DNA from: Euprymna scolopes
Taxonomy: Eukaryota
DNA: 64,000 nt
Direction: 5' to 3' (one strand)
Assembly (NCBI GenBank): GCA_053919585.1
Contig: CM132821.1
The position numbers and the translations under genes are program-made. Under the pieces are notes generated by a model that saw only the letters and a list, made by a program, of their open reading frames with translations, made no database searches and was not told where the DNA came from. Every line of letters begins with the position of its first letter. Within the stretch, counting starts at the first letter, position 1. Of this stretch, positions 61,216 to 64,000 are shown piece after piece.

Positions 61216-62551
61216 CACTTGTGAACAAAAAAAATGGGCCATGATTAAAATTGGAACAAAAAAAAATGGGCCATGATTGAAATTGGAAAGAAAACAATTT
61301 TTTAAATTTTTATCGCTTGTTTACTAATAATTAGCTGTTATTTAGTATTTTTCAGATTATTAGTATTAAAGATGAGTCCAAGAAAAGTAAGACGACATCT
61401 TGACGAAAAACTTAAAAACCGAATTGCAGGATTACGACAGGCAAATTTGACTTACAAGCAGATTTTCGACATTTTGAAAGAAGAAAAGGTGGCAACATCT
61501 ATTTCAGCTGTGAAGAGAATTGGGCAAAGGTTCGAAATTGAAGGCACAGTGAGCAGGAAAGTTGGTTCTGGTTGCCCCAGAGCATCCACAATGAAGGACG
61601 ATCACAGGCTTAAAATGACCGTTTTGAAGGATCGCAAAAAAAACTTATGTTCATAGAAAACAATTCGAAACAGCAAAAGGAAATTCTCTTTCTAGAGTGA
61701 CAATATCCAGAAGGATGAAGGAAATGGGATTTTCATCAAAAAGATGTGCAAAAAAAACTTTTTTAACTAAGAAAAACGTCAGCGACAGAAAGACATTTGC
61801 ATCATGTTATGGTACGAAAGATGCAGATTTGTTTAGAAATGTTTTCTGGTCGGACGAATCAAGATTTTGCCTTGCCAGTGATGCCCCTGAACGTTGCATT
61901 CGAAGATCCGGAGAAATATTTTCACCGAATTGCATAAAAGCCACAGTAAAACATGGAAACGGAGGAATAATGGTATGGGGGACCTTTTCTGCTGCAGGAG
62001 TTGGGGAAATTATCAGATGTGATGCATCAATTAATGCCAAAGAATACATTCAAATATTAGAAAGAGGTCTATTACCAAGCATCCAGAAGTTAGAAATGAA
62101 CAATGACATTATTTTTCAACATGATAATGCCCCTGCACACAAAGCAAAAGTCACAAAGAAGTGGCTTACTGATAATTGATGTGATGTTTTGGCCTGGCCA
62201 AAGCCCAGATTTAAACCCAATGGAAAATATTTGGGCTATAATATCTCGTGCATTAGTTAGAAAAACTTTTTCCAACAAAGAAAAATTATGGGAAGCAGTA
62301 CAAAGAGAATGGAATAACATCTCCTCTTCACAGTGCTCCAAGTTGGTTGAGAGCATGATAAAAAGAATCGATCTTTTAAAAAGATCTAAGGGCAATTCCA
62401 TTCCATACTAAGTTTTTATTAAAGTAAATATCTTGCTCTTTATATTGTTTACTTATTTTTGTTTATTATTTAATTGCATTTTGTGTAATGCAGCTTTTTG
62501 TGCAATAAATTGTAAATTTCTTTCCTGGCCCATTTTTTTTGTTCATGAGTG
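61216..62551 (+). mobile_element. Tc1-like DNA transposon, ~1.34 kb
   Basis: TA|CACTTGTGAACAAAAAAAATGGGCCA ... TGGCCCATTTTTTTTGTTCATGAGTG|TA. Inserted in TA-rich repeats. Confidence 0.92.
61372..62411 (+). pseudogene. Tc1-type transposase (about DD34E), frameshifted into three ORFs
   Basis: HTH with GSGCPR, then FWSDESRF, TVKHGNGGIMVWG, FQHDNAPAH and WPGQSPDLNPMENIW. Confidence 0.92.
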
Positions 62552-62577
62552 TATATATATACACACACTAGACACAC

Positions 62578-62647
<70 letters not shown>

Positions 62648-64000
62648 TAGACATACTTACAAACCGTTATATCACAACGGCAATTTATTTCACTTAAATT
62701 TCTTTTGAAATTCATATAAAGTGAGATATCTGTTCCCATTTTTTTTCATACTCAACTAAAAATAACGTTTTTACTTCTATATTTTTATGGATAAGATACG
62801 AGTAAAGAAGTGCATTGTTTTGCCATTTAAATTTGCATACATATTTAAGGTGTGTACGAACACAATCTGTAAATTAGTTGGAAAGAAAGAGTAACTCTTC
62901 CTCAAAATGCTCACGGAGATATTAAGAAATATTAGAAAGTGGTTGAATAAATATTAAAAAAATATATAGATAAAAGAGAGAAGTGAGTGTCTAGTTTATT
63001 ACAACTTTCACATAACAAATAAAACAGAATTTATTTTCTAATTTAATGCCAGAACTAATATATATTTTAGCATATATATTATGTTAAAGTATATTAGAAA
63101 AACCTTTAAGAAAACAAATGTTGATTTACTCATATTTAGTACAATAATAAACAAAAACCGTAGTATAAATTTTGAATTCATACAAACATTTAAGGCTACA
63201 TATGTGCACACATGTTTCAACTAAAACTGAGGATGTTGAAGCCTTGGCAAATCTAATATTTAATCACAAAGAGAAAAAGAATTAACTCTAAGAACTGTGG
63301 TTACCTGTTTGTGATGTCACTGCCGGGTCACGTAGTCTTACTTGAATTTTAATTGGAAAAGTTCACTCTACCTAATTTTTAACCTTACATGGAAATTCAT
63401 CATACTAACATATCTTTTACACACCTGCATCTAAATTAATATTATACTGTCATGAAGAGGACTTTTTTTTAGTTTGATAGAGTTCTTTGTGGCAGACTTT
63501 GCAGCATCTTCTATTTACTTATTCTACTTTATATTGTCTGCAAATATCAGATTGAAGTATTTAAATGTTGCTATTGAGCCAAGACAATTCATGATTGGAA
63601 AGAATTATCATAGTTGTTTTCTTTAGTATTATTAAGTATTCAACAATGTCAACTCAGGAGAGGTGCAGTTGGAGATTGCGCAACTCTTGCCACAAAATTT
63701 CATGCACAGGCACCCTTACCGTGGGTATCCATAGTCTGTCAAGACTGAAGGAAGCCTCATTAAATATTAATATATTACCACAAAGAGGAGGTTGTCTTTA
63801 TTAAACTTGATTGAAAAGAATGTGGCTCAGGTAGCAGAATGGTACCAAATTGGAAGCCAAAGTCAATGGAAAAATGGCTTCAAATATGCTGTCTACCTTT
63901 TCTTTTTTCATGTAGAGTTCATGCATTGATTATAATTTTTAATTTTCATTTCAACGAGGGTGGAAAATTTGAGTTAATGAAAGCTGATGTTAAGGCGTTG

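Noticed and set aside
63620-63900. Possible RTE remnant on the minus strand (ASFSLDRLW)
   Set aside because: One weak motif is not enough to call it.

Overview
This is AT-rich, microsatellite-rich eukaryotic (animal) genomic DNA with six N-gaps. The RTE 3' tails and 5S-like sequences suggest a mollusc, possibly an octopod; this is an inference. I found no confident host protein-coding gene, only one weak candidate first exon near 49.1-49.3 kb. The window is a layered transposon graveyard. DNA transposons: a complete Merlin (IS1595-like) element with ~90-bp TIRs and an 8-bp TSD, a near-complete Tc1 element, DD41D-type mariner remnants and many fold-back MITEs. Rolling-circle elements: at least five non-autonomous Helitrons, two of them fused head-to-tail. 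Retroelements: CR1/L2-group, RTE, HERO and R4/Dong-type LINE relics, two Penelope-like GIY-YIG fragments and two 5S-derived SINE-like copies. The most interesting signal is a set of palindromic non-coding elements carrying a minimal hammerhead-ribozyme core (CUGAnGA-N-stem II-GAAAC-GUH) on each outward-pointing arm. A related core lies directly 3' of a Penelope endonuclease fragment, which suggests Penelope-derived, ribozyme-bearing non-autonomous fold-back families. All coordinates were read by eye, and the ends of degraded elements are approximate.
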